The notes below the pieces were generated by a model. The model did no database searches, was not told the DNA's origin, and saw nothing but the letters and a program-made list of their open reading frames with translations. From the NCBI GenBank assembly GCA_011109175.1, contig RDEW01000010.1, positions 1,296,999 through 1,329,998 of the forward strand: a stretch of DNA of 33,000 nt. The letters are read 5' to 3'. Numbering within the stretch: position 1 is the first letter of the stretch; each line of letters starts with the position of its first letter. The translations under genes and the position numbers were made by a program. The DNA is from Dicyema japonicum (Eukaryota; Animalia; Dicyemida). Shown piece after piece: positions 12,363-23,620 of this stretch.

Positions 12363-13099
12363 GTTATAACAGTGTATGGAGATACCGATCAAAATTGGCA
12401 AAGGAGTAATACAAGGATGCTAATTATCTCCCATCCTATTCAATATTTATGCCGAAATGATCATGACTAAATTGGATACTGTATATAACGGGATTAAAAT
12501 TGGAGGCAAGAACATCAATAAGTTTCGCTATGCTGACGATACAACCTTACTGGCTGAAACAGAGGATGACCTCAGGGAGTTGATTCTAAGATTCAGAGAA
12601 GAGAGCACTGTCTTTGGTTTATTGCTAAATATCAAAAAGACCAAAATTATGACGACTGCTAATAATGGAATAATGGAACTAAAAACTGGGAATGAGAAAA
12701 TAGAGAGTAGCGATAATGTTGTCTTTCTGGGATGTCTAATCAATCGGAATGGTGAGGGAGGCTTGGAAATTAAGAGGTAATTTTCCTTCCAGAGAATGAA
12801 TAGAATTTGGAAAAGCAAAGATATTTGCTTAAGGACCTGTGTTGTTTCATTATTATTGCAAGAACATCCTACACTATACTTTGATAATCTTCAAACGTCA
12901 TTAAGTCACGATTAATGGACTTGGGAATGGTTATTATAAAGAAGAGATTTCTCCCAAATACATTCTGAATCTTCATGATGTAACGTAGATCGCGTTGGGG
13001 ATCGCGAAAATATAAAAAACTACCTTTTTAAGCCCTTCACTTGTCACTTAAATTATTGAACCAGAAACCACTGCCATAGCCAAAACTAAAAGATTCAGG

Positions 13100-13720
13100 T
13101 GGTCCCGGCCTCCCTAAGCTTTTCCTGGTTTTTGATTGAACATTATTGATTGTGGAAAAGTAGGTTGAGGTAAGGTTTTTCATTAAACAGCACATGCATA
13201 CTAAATTGTAGTTTCAATATACCGCTTGTAGAGGGTATCCAATCCATTTAGACCTATTTAGTCTCTGATTTTCCAGAAAAACCTTCATGATGTTAATCCT
13301 CCACATACAAGTCGCTACTATATTTTCAAATATATGTTGAAAGGGTTAAGGTGTTGAAGGCAATTTCGAGGATCATCTTGGTTTTGTTATGCGGGATATC
13401 AATTAATAGAATTCCCAGTTTAACGTGAAGAAGGTCAAAACTAACTTTTCCAGCTTGCTCTCAATTGATTTTCATAAAGCCACAAACTCAGATTATTAAG
13501 GTAGTCCTGTAATCTTCGCGTGGATAATACTCATCCCTCGATGCAACGACTGTATCATTTGCATAAGATAATAATATGTGGTTATCACCTAATGCAATTG
13601 ATAGGCCATTCGTCATAAGATTGAAAAGAGGAACGATAATATGGAACCCTGAGGAACACCATTTGTAATAGTCTCAATGCGGAACATCGATTACCCTGGC
13701 ATACTTACCCTCGGAGACCG
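13100..13720 (-). mobile_element. Degenerate LINE RT C-terminal part (Jockey/I-like)
   Basis: Minus-strand GVPQGSI..PLFNL (~13620-13660), LYANDT (~13552-13569) and TLYKRYIETTI*YACAV (~13185-13237), the last resembling VYKQYIEPCFSYAC at ~6190. Confidence 0.65.
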
Positions 13721-13745
13721 CTCAAAAAATTCCCCAACCATAACT

Positions 13746-14200
13746 TTAGGTTTGCGTCAATTTTCGGCGAATAAATATAGTGAATGATGATCTTTTTAGG
13801 AACAGAGTCAAATGCCTTATGGATGTCGATTTAGCAGACAATCGACTTTTCCTGTCTTTTTTGTTTAGGCCATGTGTTATGAATTCCTTTAATATATTTA
13901 GTTGATCCCCCTTCTTTGAAGCCATGGTAAACCTGGCGTTATGGGGAAGGGTGGATTCTTTTCTGGACACACAAAAGCGACACTGTTTTTTAGGAACCTG
14001 GATTCTACTTTGGTTTCCCAGGCTTCGGAATTGGATGAATAAGTTTCCATATATCGGGGATTGAGTTGAAATTGATTGAAAATGTTCATTAGTGCAGAAA
14101 CAACCACAGCGCCCAATTTTTTCAACAGGATCGGTGTGATCGGAGTCAGTGATGTCCAGGTTTAGAAGCCTAATTTTACAAGAGTCAATAGGAAACAATA
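13746..14200 (-). mobile_element. Possible Ty3/Gypsy aspartic protease remnant
   Basis: PFPITPGLPWLQR resembles the retropepsin ILGxPWL motif. The catalytic DSG motif is not intact. Confidence 0.4.
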
Positions 14201-14439
14201 GTCTCAGTTTCCTGGTTTTTTAAATTGTGGTTTAGTTGGTTTTAACACTTTCTTAGACTGTTAAAACTAATAATATATTTACGTAAATAAAACGCGCTTT
14301 TTTTGAGAACCATAATACTTATTGCTTCCCGCAGCAGGAGAAACACTTTATTAGAGTAAAGAACAGTTATGATAAATAATCGTAGAAACTTTTATTCTCT
14401 TCAATATACAAAAATACATTTTTCTTAAGACAAAGATAA

Positions 14440-14945
14440 CCTCTATATCAATACTAAAATTTTCGATAAAAACCATTCTCCCAATACTAAAAATCTCTAG
14501 AGTCCGTAAAGGTCAGCATGCACTATCAGCTCTGTAAAACAATCCCCAGAGCTTCCATTTCTACAACCCTTATTGGTAAATGGAAAGAAATTTATTATCT
14601 TCAAGGTAAGAAAGCCTATAATAATAACTCTTTCCATAATCTTTTAAATATTGAGGATAAGACTATTTGACCTATAGTTTATGCATTTGGTGTAGACTTG
14701 ACTTTGTAATAATTCTAACTATTGTCTCTTACAAGTAGAAGGAATATGTCCTTATCTCCATAATTTCGCATAACAATGAATTAATAGTGACAAACATGCC
14801 TTTTTGTAATTTATTACTGAAATAATGTCCTAACCAGAAGCTTATTTTTTACATTCTCTGATTTATAGCTTATATTTCTCCCAAAGAAAAGGTTTCAAAT
14901 AACGACCCTTCTAAAAATCAAATAAAATTTTGACTTTATCGACCA
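14440..14945 (-). mobile_element. Degenerate LINE RT N-terminal part
   Basis: Broken frames give FSLGEI, KASG*DII, GHIPST, NYRSNSL, KIMERVI and LEDNKFLSIYQ*GCRNG. Confidence 0.7.
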
Positions 14946-14966
14946 GTTATTTCATAAAGTAAAATA

Positions 14967-15075
14967 TTATTCATTAACTATGGGGAGAGCGGCTGCTGAC
15001 ATTACGGAGTAAGCGTTTCCGCGGACAACTGCAATCTCAATTCGTTGCCTCAGCCAGACCGCTCCCCCACGTTTT
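14967..15075 (-). mobile_element. CRE-clade retroelement extreme 3' fragment
   Basis: WLRQRIEIAVVRGNAYSVM is the typical CRE C-terminal QRISIA..RGNA motif. Confidence 0.75.
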
Positions 15076-15079
15076 TTAC

Positions 15080-16830
15080 AAGACCTTCTCCTTACAAAAC
15101 TATTATCAAACTCATTTTGAATCCCATGTGGACTAATGGATGATGTATTCACCCCTTGAATCTTTTATAACGTTACTGGCATTTCTTTAGTGATTAAAGC
15201 ACCATCATGAGATTTGATAATTATCTCTTTTCCCTTTTTATCGGAACAGCATATTTTTGAAATGAGTTTCAAAAAATAATCGAAAAGCATTCTCTTCCCA
15301 CTTTATCATCTTTTTCTTAGCAACTTGGATAATTTTTGTCTTAATGAGCTTATTTTTTCTTTAAGAAAACTTAATTCTTAAAATCCCAACTTGTTTTCTA
15401 ACCTCATTTTTCACAAACCAGATTATTATGGTAACTCATCAAACATAAATTACTCCAATAGAGGTTATTAATTGACATTACACACGTTGTTAACTTGTTT
15501 AAATTTTTCTTGTAATTAATTGATGAACGACCAAGGGCACAGGTCCCCATGGAATCAGATTTCTTCATTATGTCTCATTAATAACTAGGATGACTGTACA
15601 AGATAAGAGTTACCATCTACAAAGTCCGTTTTCTAAGAGAGTGGGCATTAACCAGGAATATTTTGGTTACTTCAGATTTAACAGGTGGCTGTCCTCTTTT
15701 TTAAAGCACCATCAGACCAATTAAAAATTTGGTATCTTGTTGCTTACAAATTCTTAATCCTTTATCCAACTGGTTATATACATTAATCAGTGAATTTCTT
15801 GCACTATTAACAATACAAAGATCTGTGGACATTTGGTCAGACGAATCAGTACTCATTTGTTTACGAATTTCACCCGTTTCTCTATCAACTTTTCCGAACG
15901 ATACTTATTTCGTAAAATCCTTGTAATTTTATGGACAAATTATTAATTTTTTTATTTTTACGTTTTCTGGATTCGATTGTCACAGAGAACCCTAATAATT
16001 TGCTGTGACCACTAAACTACAGTTTATACACTTTTTTATTTCAGTTACACATACTTTACATTCTGTCATAGAGTAAGGCCCAGAACACAACAAACACTTT
16101 GTTTGAATCTCACAGAGAAATCTGGCATCTGTAACATAGGATCTCTGACTACCTGTACCACATAGCACTCACCTTTGAGAAACCAATTTTATCCCCAATC
16201 TAACAAGATATTGAGCTTCTCCTTTGTTGGACTACTTTCACTAATTGTAATTTAACTCCCTTTTTAACAAATCGTTTGCTTTCCCGAAAGTTTCCCATTA
16301 AAAAAGTTTCAAGTTCCTAAGTGTTCATTCATAAAGGGACGTTCCTTAACACAACTGCAACAGGAACAAGATTTCTAATACGAATGGCCTTTTTTAGGAT
16401 TATATTTATCAAGGAGGACTTGAAAATCCTTCAAACCATTCATATTCTGAAGAACAAATTCTTTTAAATAACTGTGACAATGAACATTAAAAGCGGAGAG
16501 TTCAAGGACTTATTCAGCATTGTAGAATTAACAGGAGAAACAGTAGAAGGAAAATTAATAGAAACAGTTACTGTATGACAAGGAATATTATTAGAGACAT
16601 TGATAGTCTTCCATGTATAACAGCTTGTATAAGTATTACATAACATATTAGACGATTCTTTATTACGCAACTCACAGTTCAATTGTGTCACATTCACAGA
16701 ATTACAAGTCATTTCATGTTTGACACTAACATTCTTTATCACAGTTATTTATTATGAACTTGCATTCGTGTTGCTTCCATCATCAGAGGACCCTGCGACC
16801 GTGACAATATATCATAAATTCATTATTTTG
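15080..16830 (-). mobile_element. Degenerate LINE 5' half: gag-like ORF1 with zinc knuckles and start of the APE endonuclease
   Basis: VVLRNVPL (~16340); knuckle remnants CYRCQ, KCLLCSGPY...EC and KCINC (~16020-16140); IFLVNAHSLRKR...VINET (~15570-15665). Confidence 0.55.
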
Positions 16831-16921
16831 ATTAAAATCCAAATAATTTATTATGATTTTAAATATTTAAATTATTATTTTTAAACAAATTTAATAATAT
16901 TTCATAAATAATTATATATTG

Positions 16922-16927
16922 CACGTG
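16922..16927 (+). promoter_or_regulatory. E-box CACGTG immediately upstream of the NOLC1 start codon
   Basis: Canonical CACGTG ending 10 nt before ATG 16938, within an almost pure A/T tract. NOLC1/Nopp140 is an established Myc target in animals. Confidence 0.4.
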
Positions 16928-16937
16928 ATTATTTGTA

Positions 16938-18877
16938 ATGAACGTTGAACTTAATAAACTTATTCTTGGTTATTTAAATGGCAAATATCCTGAACAAACA
17001 CGACAACTATCCAAACTAATGAACATTGTATAGCCATAAACTAATTTTAGAACAAAAGTGACTACATGTACTCTCTCTCAAACGTGTACGACTTTTACAA
17101 ACAGTTAAATGATTTATTTACATAGAACTGACAAATTAATGTCACAAATTAAGACAGATTCTACACAATCAAAGTCTATTATTAACACAACTAAAGACTC
17201 ATCCCTTAAAAAGTCAAAACAACCCAGCAAGGATGAACAACCACCTGCTAAAGTCCATAGAAAGAAGCAAGACACTGACTCGACCATTATTGAACCAACA
17301 AGTGAGGAGTCTTCTGTCTCTATTCTTCGAAGTAAACATCTGAAACCTCAGAGACAGGAGTTTAACAAAACTGTTAATAACGATGATAACATTTCGACTC
17401 CCTCAATTAATTCCAGAAGTATTAATGACTTCGTTCAACAACCTCCCAAATTTGTGACCCCTAAATCTCCCAAAATCAATGTCTCCAATAAGAAGTCTAC
17501 TCCTATTCCTTTAAAGTCTTCTATTGCCGATGAATCCTCTTCTGAGAGTTCGAGTGTCTCTGACTGTGTCCCCACTAAATCTGCAAAGACACCTGAAGTG
17601 ACCAAACCTAACGAGGACTCGACATCTTCTGACAGTTCAAGTGACTTACAACCCTCTAATAAAAATGGAAAACATAATAAAGATGTCAAGTCCTCAGCAT
17701 CAAAAACTGTAAACAAAATCCAAAACGTGACTCAATCCTTGAATGTTGTTGATGATTCTTCCTCTGAGAGTTCAAGTGACTCTGATTCTGTTCCAGTAAA
17801 TTCGGCGAACGAATCAAAGACAATTGAAAAGACCAAACCTAAGGAGGATTCAACCTCTTCTGATAGTTCGAGTGATAAAGTCCCTACTTCCAATAAATTT
17901 GGAAAGTCCTCAGTATTAAAAAATGTGAAGAATAATTCCACTGAAACAAAAAATCTTGTCGAACAATCCTCGTCTGAAAGTTCAAGTGAGTCTGATTCTG
18001 CTCCCATGAAGCCTGGAAACACATTAAAGGTTCCTCAAGTGCCAAACCTACTGAAGACTCGACATCTTCTGACAGTTCAAGTGACGGTGCTTCTAATAAT
18101 AATGAGGAGTCTAATAAGTCTGTAATGTCCTCAGTGTCCAAAAATGTGAAGAAAATTAAAACAATGAGTGAACTGATGGAGATTGAAGGATCTTCATCTG
18201 ACAGTTCAAGTGACTCAAATTCTGTCCCTGTTAAGTCAGGTAACACGTCAAAAACAACAGAAGTAACTAAATCTTCTATGGAATCGACCTCTTCTGATAG
18301 TTCGAGTGATGATGCTTTTAATAAAAGTGAACAAATTAAGGCTGAAAAGGCCCCATTATCAAAGACTTCCAAGAAAGTCAATAAATTATCAGAATTTACT
18401 GATAAAACTACCAAAAAGTTTAATACCCCCACTAGTGAATCCATCAAGAGGCCAGCCAAGAAGGAATTGAAACATTCTGCCAGTAAGAAACCGACGAAAG
18501 AGGTAGAATTGTTATTTCTTAGTTTATAGGCTATAATCCCTGTAAAACTCGGTGAATCCTCGTTGTCCGACAAAGTAAACAAAAAGACGGAAAAGCCATC
18601 AAAAAAAGACAAGGTGGACAATTCAGTCGATGTGGTAGAAAAATCAAGGAAGAGTCCTGTGAAAAGATTGGATGACGTGGTTATTCCCGATAACCTGAGG
18701 AATAATTCATTTGAGGCTAAATCAGGAGCGAGGGGGTCATGGGGAGAGAAAGCAAATGATAAATTAAAGAAAGTGAAGGGGAAGGATTTCAAGAGAGAAA
18801 AGACTAAGAATAAGAAAGGGAGATATTCAGGAGGTGTAATTGATACTTCTGTTCATTCTATTAAATTTGATGATTAA
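16938..18877 (+). CDS. NOLC1: Nucleolar phosphoprotein Nopp140/SRP40, 4 exons (16938-17027, 17051-17103, 17126-18502, 18530-18877), 1-nt frameshift at ~18041
   Basis: LisH-like start (LNKLILGYL), alternating Ser-acidic and Lys/Pro tracts, and SRP40_C domain NSFEAKSGARGSWGEKANDKLKKVKGKDFKREKTKNKKGRYSGGVIDTSVHSIKFDD. Introns of 23, 22 and 27 nt keep the frame. Confidence 0.93.
17529..18312 (+). repeat. Four ~210-225-nt coding repeats in NOLC1, each with two serine clusters
   Basis: SSSESSSDSD.VP...K..EVTKP.EDSTSSDSSSD units start at ~17532, 17754, 17964 and 18188, with clear nucleotide similarity. Confidence 0.85.
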
Positions 18878-19006
18878 TTTGATTATAATTTTGTTGTCTC
18901 TTTCCCTCACATTTCCTTCAATTTTGGTCTACCTTCTCTGTTCAGAAATAAGTTTTATTAAATGTTTACCTCATTCCTCCATAATCACAAAAAGATGGAA
19001 GACAAT

Positions 19007-20539
19007 TAGTGGTTCTCAACGGGGGCGCTGGAGTTCTAATTTTTTAGTTATAAATATTTCCATTAGGTTTTGTAAATCATTTATCACGCGCTTATCTAAT
19101 GAATTCTACTTGTCTTGTGTTTACTTTTCTAAAAAAATTATTTACTGATATTTTTATAAATAATTTCTAATTGTGTGATAAAAAAGTAAAACGACGTATA
19201 AAAAAGTTAAGGGAAGACATGAAAATTCGCTTTATTGATTTAGAAAATTTGAAATTTTTTAGTTGATATTTTTAATCCATTTGAAGCTGAAAACGTTAAT
19301 ATCTCCAGAAATAATAGAAAATTTATTAAATCTAAAATATGACTTTGAAGCAAATATGGATATCAACAATTCTGGATTACTCAGAAAATTTATCCTCAAT
19401 TGTCGAATGAAATCGAATCACTTATAATAGCATTTCCTCCAACATATCAAGTCGAAAGAGAATTTAGTGCAGTCTCTAATATTTTGACCAAAAAAAGAAA
19501 TAAATTACAAATTATGACTAGCGGAGATTTGAGACTAAGTCTGTCAGCTATGGAAGCTGACATAAAGGGATTGATAAATTCTCATCAAATACAACTACGC
19601 GACTGATTCGCGTTCTATCCCATTGTAGTCGAGACAACTAGAGGAATAAGTGGGAAATCCTTCGCTTCCTAAAGAAACATAAACGCCCAACTACACTAAA
19701 AAACCACGACGCATGTGAGACCCGGTGGCCTCTCCAGTTAATCTCTGTTGAAATCGTGAGAGGTAACGCAACGTCGGTAATGTCGGCGGGAACAACTTTG
19801 GCAGGACGCACTCTCGTGTTCCTCCATGGGGACCTTTTTGGACGATGACTGCATTCGGATTGGAACCGCACAGCGCTTGGGAGTTGATGCATGCGTCGAA
19901 CACTAATGTCGTTTTAAAGGGATCGTCGATACCAAAGGGCTGCATCCGCTTTCGTGCAAGAGGAGTGCGGGTAGAACACCCCGTACGCTGCTATGAACAA
20001 CATTATCATGCGTCTTCCCGGCAGTGATGGAGCCCGTGGGATTGGACTCCGGAGACGGGAAAAGACCGGATGGGCTAACAATCTTTCCGTTCATTGATGG
20101 AAAATCTCTCGTAAAGGACTGCACTGTTGTGGATTCTTTCCCGAACTAGATGATGCTAAGCTCGGCGCAGTCTGCTGGTACGGCAGCCGATCTGGCCGAG
20201 AAAATCAAGATTAAAATTATGGTGAAATTGGAGATCGCTTTCGTTTTGTGCTGGTGGTAATCGAACGGCGGGAAGTTTCACAGCCTCTTTCCTGAAGGAA
20301 ATTGGTCTTTATAAAAAAGATTGTTAAATAAAACGTGTTATAACTAAGAAAAAAAATTAAGTGGTTCTTAACTAATTTGAGTTAACATTGCACTCTATTG
20401 ATGGCAAAACAGTTTCTACATAAAATTTGAGAAAAATGACCAAATAAATTTTCAATTGGAGAAATTAAATCTTACGGGGGTGCTGAAAAGCTTCAAAATT
20501 GTATCAAAAGGGGGCGCTGACTTAAAAGGTTAACCACTG
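19007..20539 (+). mobile_element. Buster/Charlie-type hAT remnant
   Basis: Left end TAGTGGTTCTCAACGGGGGCGC; right end GGGGGCGCTGACTTAAAAGGTTAACCACTG. Transposase C-terminus IAFPPTYQVEREFSAVSNILTKKRNKL...GDLRLSLS (19400-19606). Flanking 8-mers do not match, so no TSD. Confidence 0.8.
19600..20330 (+). mobile_element. Two tandem degenerate CRE 3' fragments nested in the Buster element
   Basis: SVEIVRGNATSVM (~19745-19783), then GLHPLSCKRSAGR, MEPVGLDSGDGKRPDGLTIFPFIDGKSLVKDCTVVD and AADLAEKIK. Confidence 0.8.
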
Positions 20540-20659
20540 GTATATCTGAAATGAATTTGTTGACTAGTACATCTCACTCATTGTGGGACAAGTATACTAA
20601 TATTCTACTATAAACACTCCCCTTATATAAGAAAACACTGACAAACAATTAATATGAGA

Positions 20660-22363
20660 TTAAAGATGACCACTTAAATCATTAAATCTGCACATTGGAG
20701 TACTCCTTATATTATTAAGTCCAACACGATGTCCCACCAAATCCCTTATATTAGTCATTTCATATAAAATCATGGTTGGTCTCTCCAATGAAATCCCCCA
20801 TGCAATACAATTCACATTATCTGGGAATCCCATTGGTGACAATACCTCCCTTCTGATTACTCCACTGTTCCCTATCTCCACCAACTTGTTTAATTCTACA
20901 ATAACACAACACCAACGTTTATGGTAGTGGAATATCTCCATACTTGGTTCCGTATACGGATTATAGGCAGCCTTAAACCGCAGATCCGTTATCCCTAAAC
21001 TCATTCAAACTCAACAACCCAGCTTATTAAAGAAAACGGTCACTAATCCCATCAAATCTGAGAGAGATATATCATAATCGATCACAGATCCCTCAATTTG
21101 GTGGAATTCTGCCAAATGTGTCGCATCCACTGCTTCATTACGGAAAACACGGTCGATCGAAAAATACTTCATAGGTTTAAACTCATTCTGGGCCAGTTTA
21201 TACAACATCTTGGCAGTTGTAGCTGTCGTGTGGGTCCTTAAAATGTTCTTCTTCGCCTCCTTGTAATGCCAGTCCGACTGATATCTCATAATAACCCGAG
21301 TGCCTCACCCAGACGACCCACTACCTCCAGACATATGCATCTCCCTCACCTTCTCGCAGTACTCCTTCTCTCTAAGCGAAGATTCCGAGGGGTTTGAAAG
21401 GAAGAAGGTATCGTGCATGTCACGTGCGGGGTGCTTCTGAGGCTGAAAGAGCGCGTCAAAGTTCCAGAAAGCTCTCAACGTAATTGTCGGTTTCCATTTC
21501 CTGAAAACTCACAAATTAGCCTAATGGTACCCCATTTCGAAGAAGATCTGCCTAATAGCACTTTTCACTTTCATCAAAGGGTGTAGGCAACCCACTTGTG
21601 GTGGTACCCCGAGTGAGGAAAAATTGAATGGTTTCAGATTAGCAATTTTCCACGAATCACTATAATATAACCAAAGAGATCCTACTCTGCAATCATAGAG
21701 GTCGTCAAATCAGTCTGCTGCTTAGAAACACACGTTCTAAAATCTGGTCCACGTGTCAAGAGATAGTAGCTCACTTTACTACAGATTAGTTTAACACGTG
21801 CTTTTTAGTGACAAGTTTCCGTTTAATCAGTTCAGGAAGCACGGAAGCGTCGTGACAGGCCTTAGATGACTGAATGTCTCGTAGAAGAGCAACTGTAGTG
21901 TCCTCAATTTTATCAACATTTGTGAGGAAACACGTGTCCCCGTCACATTTCTCAACTTTGACCCATCCAAGGGAAATTGCGTTGTTTAAGCCAATCAAGG
22001 CGTTCGGAAAGGCATTCTTAGTGTGAAATTAAAACTACTTCAATCATTACCCTCGTTATTTTGGGCTGGCATTTCAGAAGTGAAAAGACACGTGCTTCAA
22101 GTGTACCTTCATTGATAGTCTCTAGACCATGGTCGGTGAGCTTGATTTCTATGTCTGATTTTAATTCAAAATTTATAATCTTTGTAAGAATATAAACAAA
22201 CCTGCGAGTCTATGGAGGATATGCTTTTGATTGCTCCAACTATCTTTTGATGGTCAAAATTGAGCTGAGAGGCTAATTTTATGGAAGATAATGCTCCCTC
22301 GTTGTTTGACAGGTAATTTAGTAAGTCACTACATATGTCTAATGACGACTTTAATCCATTCAT
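20660..22363 (-). CDS. FARSA: Cytoplasmic phenylalanyl-tRNA synthetase alpha, 9 exons (22363-22202, 22179-22039, 22016-21802, 21778-21686, 21659-21531, 21507-21309, 21284-21019, 20994-20917, 20895-20660), apparent frameshift at ~21470
   Basis: [18 protein letters not shown]...[88 protein letters not shown] and [12 protein letters not shown]. Eight introns of 21-26 nt. Confidence 0.97.
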
Positions 22364-22484
22364 TTGTGCCACGTTAGTTTCTACGAGAAGCAATAAATAA
22401 ATTTGAAATTAATATTGCATCATTTAATTAATAAAATCTAATTATATTTTATTAAATCAAATAAAAAAAAGGACAAAACATTAG

Positions 22485-22655
22485 TTAGCTGTCGCCCTCA
22501 CTGCGTGGCTGTCCCTCTCAGAATTGCGAGCGAAATTCATCAAACAGCCAGCGGCGTTCGCGGAGATTTCCAGTGCATGAGGTGATCCGGTTTCCAAGAC
22601 GTCCGAAAAACTATACTGTTGAGGGGAGTAGGATCCGGAAGTCTCCATAGCAAAA
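22485..22655 (-). mobile_element. CRE 3' fragment
   Basis: Minus-strand FAMETSGSYSP... and ISLAILRGTA resemble the CRE C-terminus. Confidence 0.55.
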
Positions 22656-22679
22656 TCTAATTTATAAATTAAATAAGAA

Positions 22680-23620
22680 TAGTCAGGATGAGAAATTTGT
22701 TGCTGAGAAAAGCTATCTTCTTCAACCCCTTTTGAGGAGAGCCCTGTGAATTATCCACAATACGAACCTTGAATACGGTACTCCAACCCATCTCTTTATT
22801 GGTGATGGACTCAATAAATCATCGACTGGGATCCAACAATGTGATCTATTGTCCGCTTCTTTTTGATTTGGCAGTTGATGAGGCTGCCATTTAGACGATG
22901 CTACGATCCTTGGATCATCTGAGTCGTTTATGAAAAGTCTAGGAATACTTCTTTCCATTCTTAGCAGTTATGGAATCAACATTAAAGCGCGACAATTTGA
23001 AATTTGTAATCTGGAACTTTCGCAAGATGAATTATTTAAATCACTATGCAGGTCTTTTCTCCCTGATACAGCTATTACCAATGTGTAACATTTTATGATA
23101 TTGGGATCACCTACTTCCACGGGAATTATTGGAAATTAGTGGAGTCACTGTTAGTAGACGAGCTTGATCCACACATTCGTTTTTTCTTTTGAAGAATTAT
23201 CTTTTCCTTCCAAGATTAATGTTTTTTGACGTTCCTCTCTTTGTTACCTCTTTTCGGAATGCCTGGAGAATTTAAATATTCTTATCGCCAAGTCTATTGA
23301 ATAAATTGTGAATATATAGTTCTATAAAATTCGATTGATGCAAGCATTCTTACCCTTCAGATTTGGGGCATCTGCCTAACTTCTCTCGTGGACGTTTCAT
23401 GGCATCCTTCATGTCCTCTTTATCAAGATGGCATTTCTCATCCGGACCATTCTTAGAGATTTAGCAAATCCGCTCTGGAGGACAAAATTGCTGATTGGTT
23501 GAAGAATTGGTCAGTGGCTTTTAAAGAAACCCCTTTTGATATACACCGACTGAGGAACTGGACCAGCATTATGTACGAGAATACTCATTCAACCCTTTTG
23601 GACATGAACGACTTGTAGCG
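22680..23620 (+). mobile_element. Degenerate CRE RT fragment
   Basis: SSTGIQQCDLL, LDDATILG, ILGSP, LDPH..FFLLKNYLFLPRLM and QAFLPFRFG follow the CRE RT motif order. Confidence 0.75.

Larger units (their letters stand above)
9900..12840 (+). mobile_element. RTE-1/BovB-like LINE RT region, split by the hAT insertion at 10669-12362
   Basis: IKDKDG...IRNRWREYTERLF, WPREWKRSIFIPIPKKG, QAGFRKGRGTRDHIANVRWIMEKA, YMCFIDYRKAFDSV and QEAIVIT. It resumes after the insertion as VYGDT...IGKGV.QGC..SPILFNIYAE, INKFRYADDTTLLAE and LNIKKTKIM. Confidence 0.92.

Noticed and set aside
2678-12840. Clustered reverse transcriptases as a retron, DGR or other prokaryotic defence system
   Set aside because: All RTs carry non-LTR retrotransposon motifs with APE or RLE partners in a spliceosomal-intron context. 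No ncRNA, TR/VR pair or CRISPR array was seen.
17884-18792. 302-aa minus-strand ORF, plus ORFs 17435-17716 and 17732-18022
   Set aside because: Antisense shadows of the low-complexity NOLC1 coding repeats.
18999-20547. TSD for the Buster-type element
   Set aside because: Flanks AAGACAAT and GTATATCT do not match, so the two ends may not come from one insertion.
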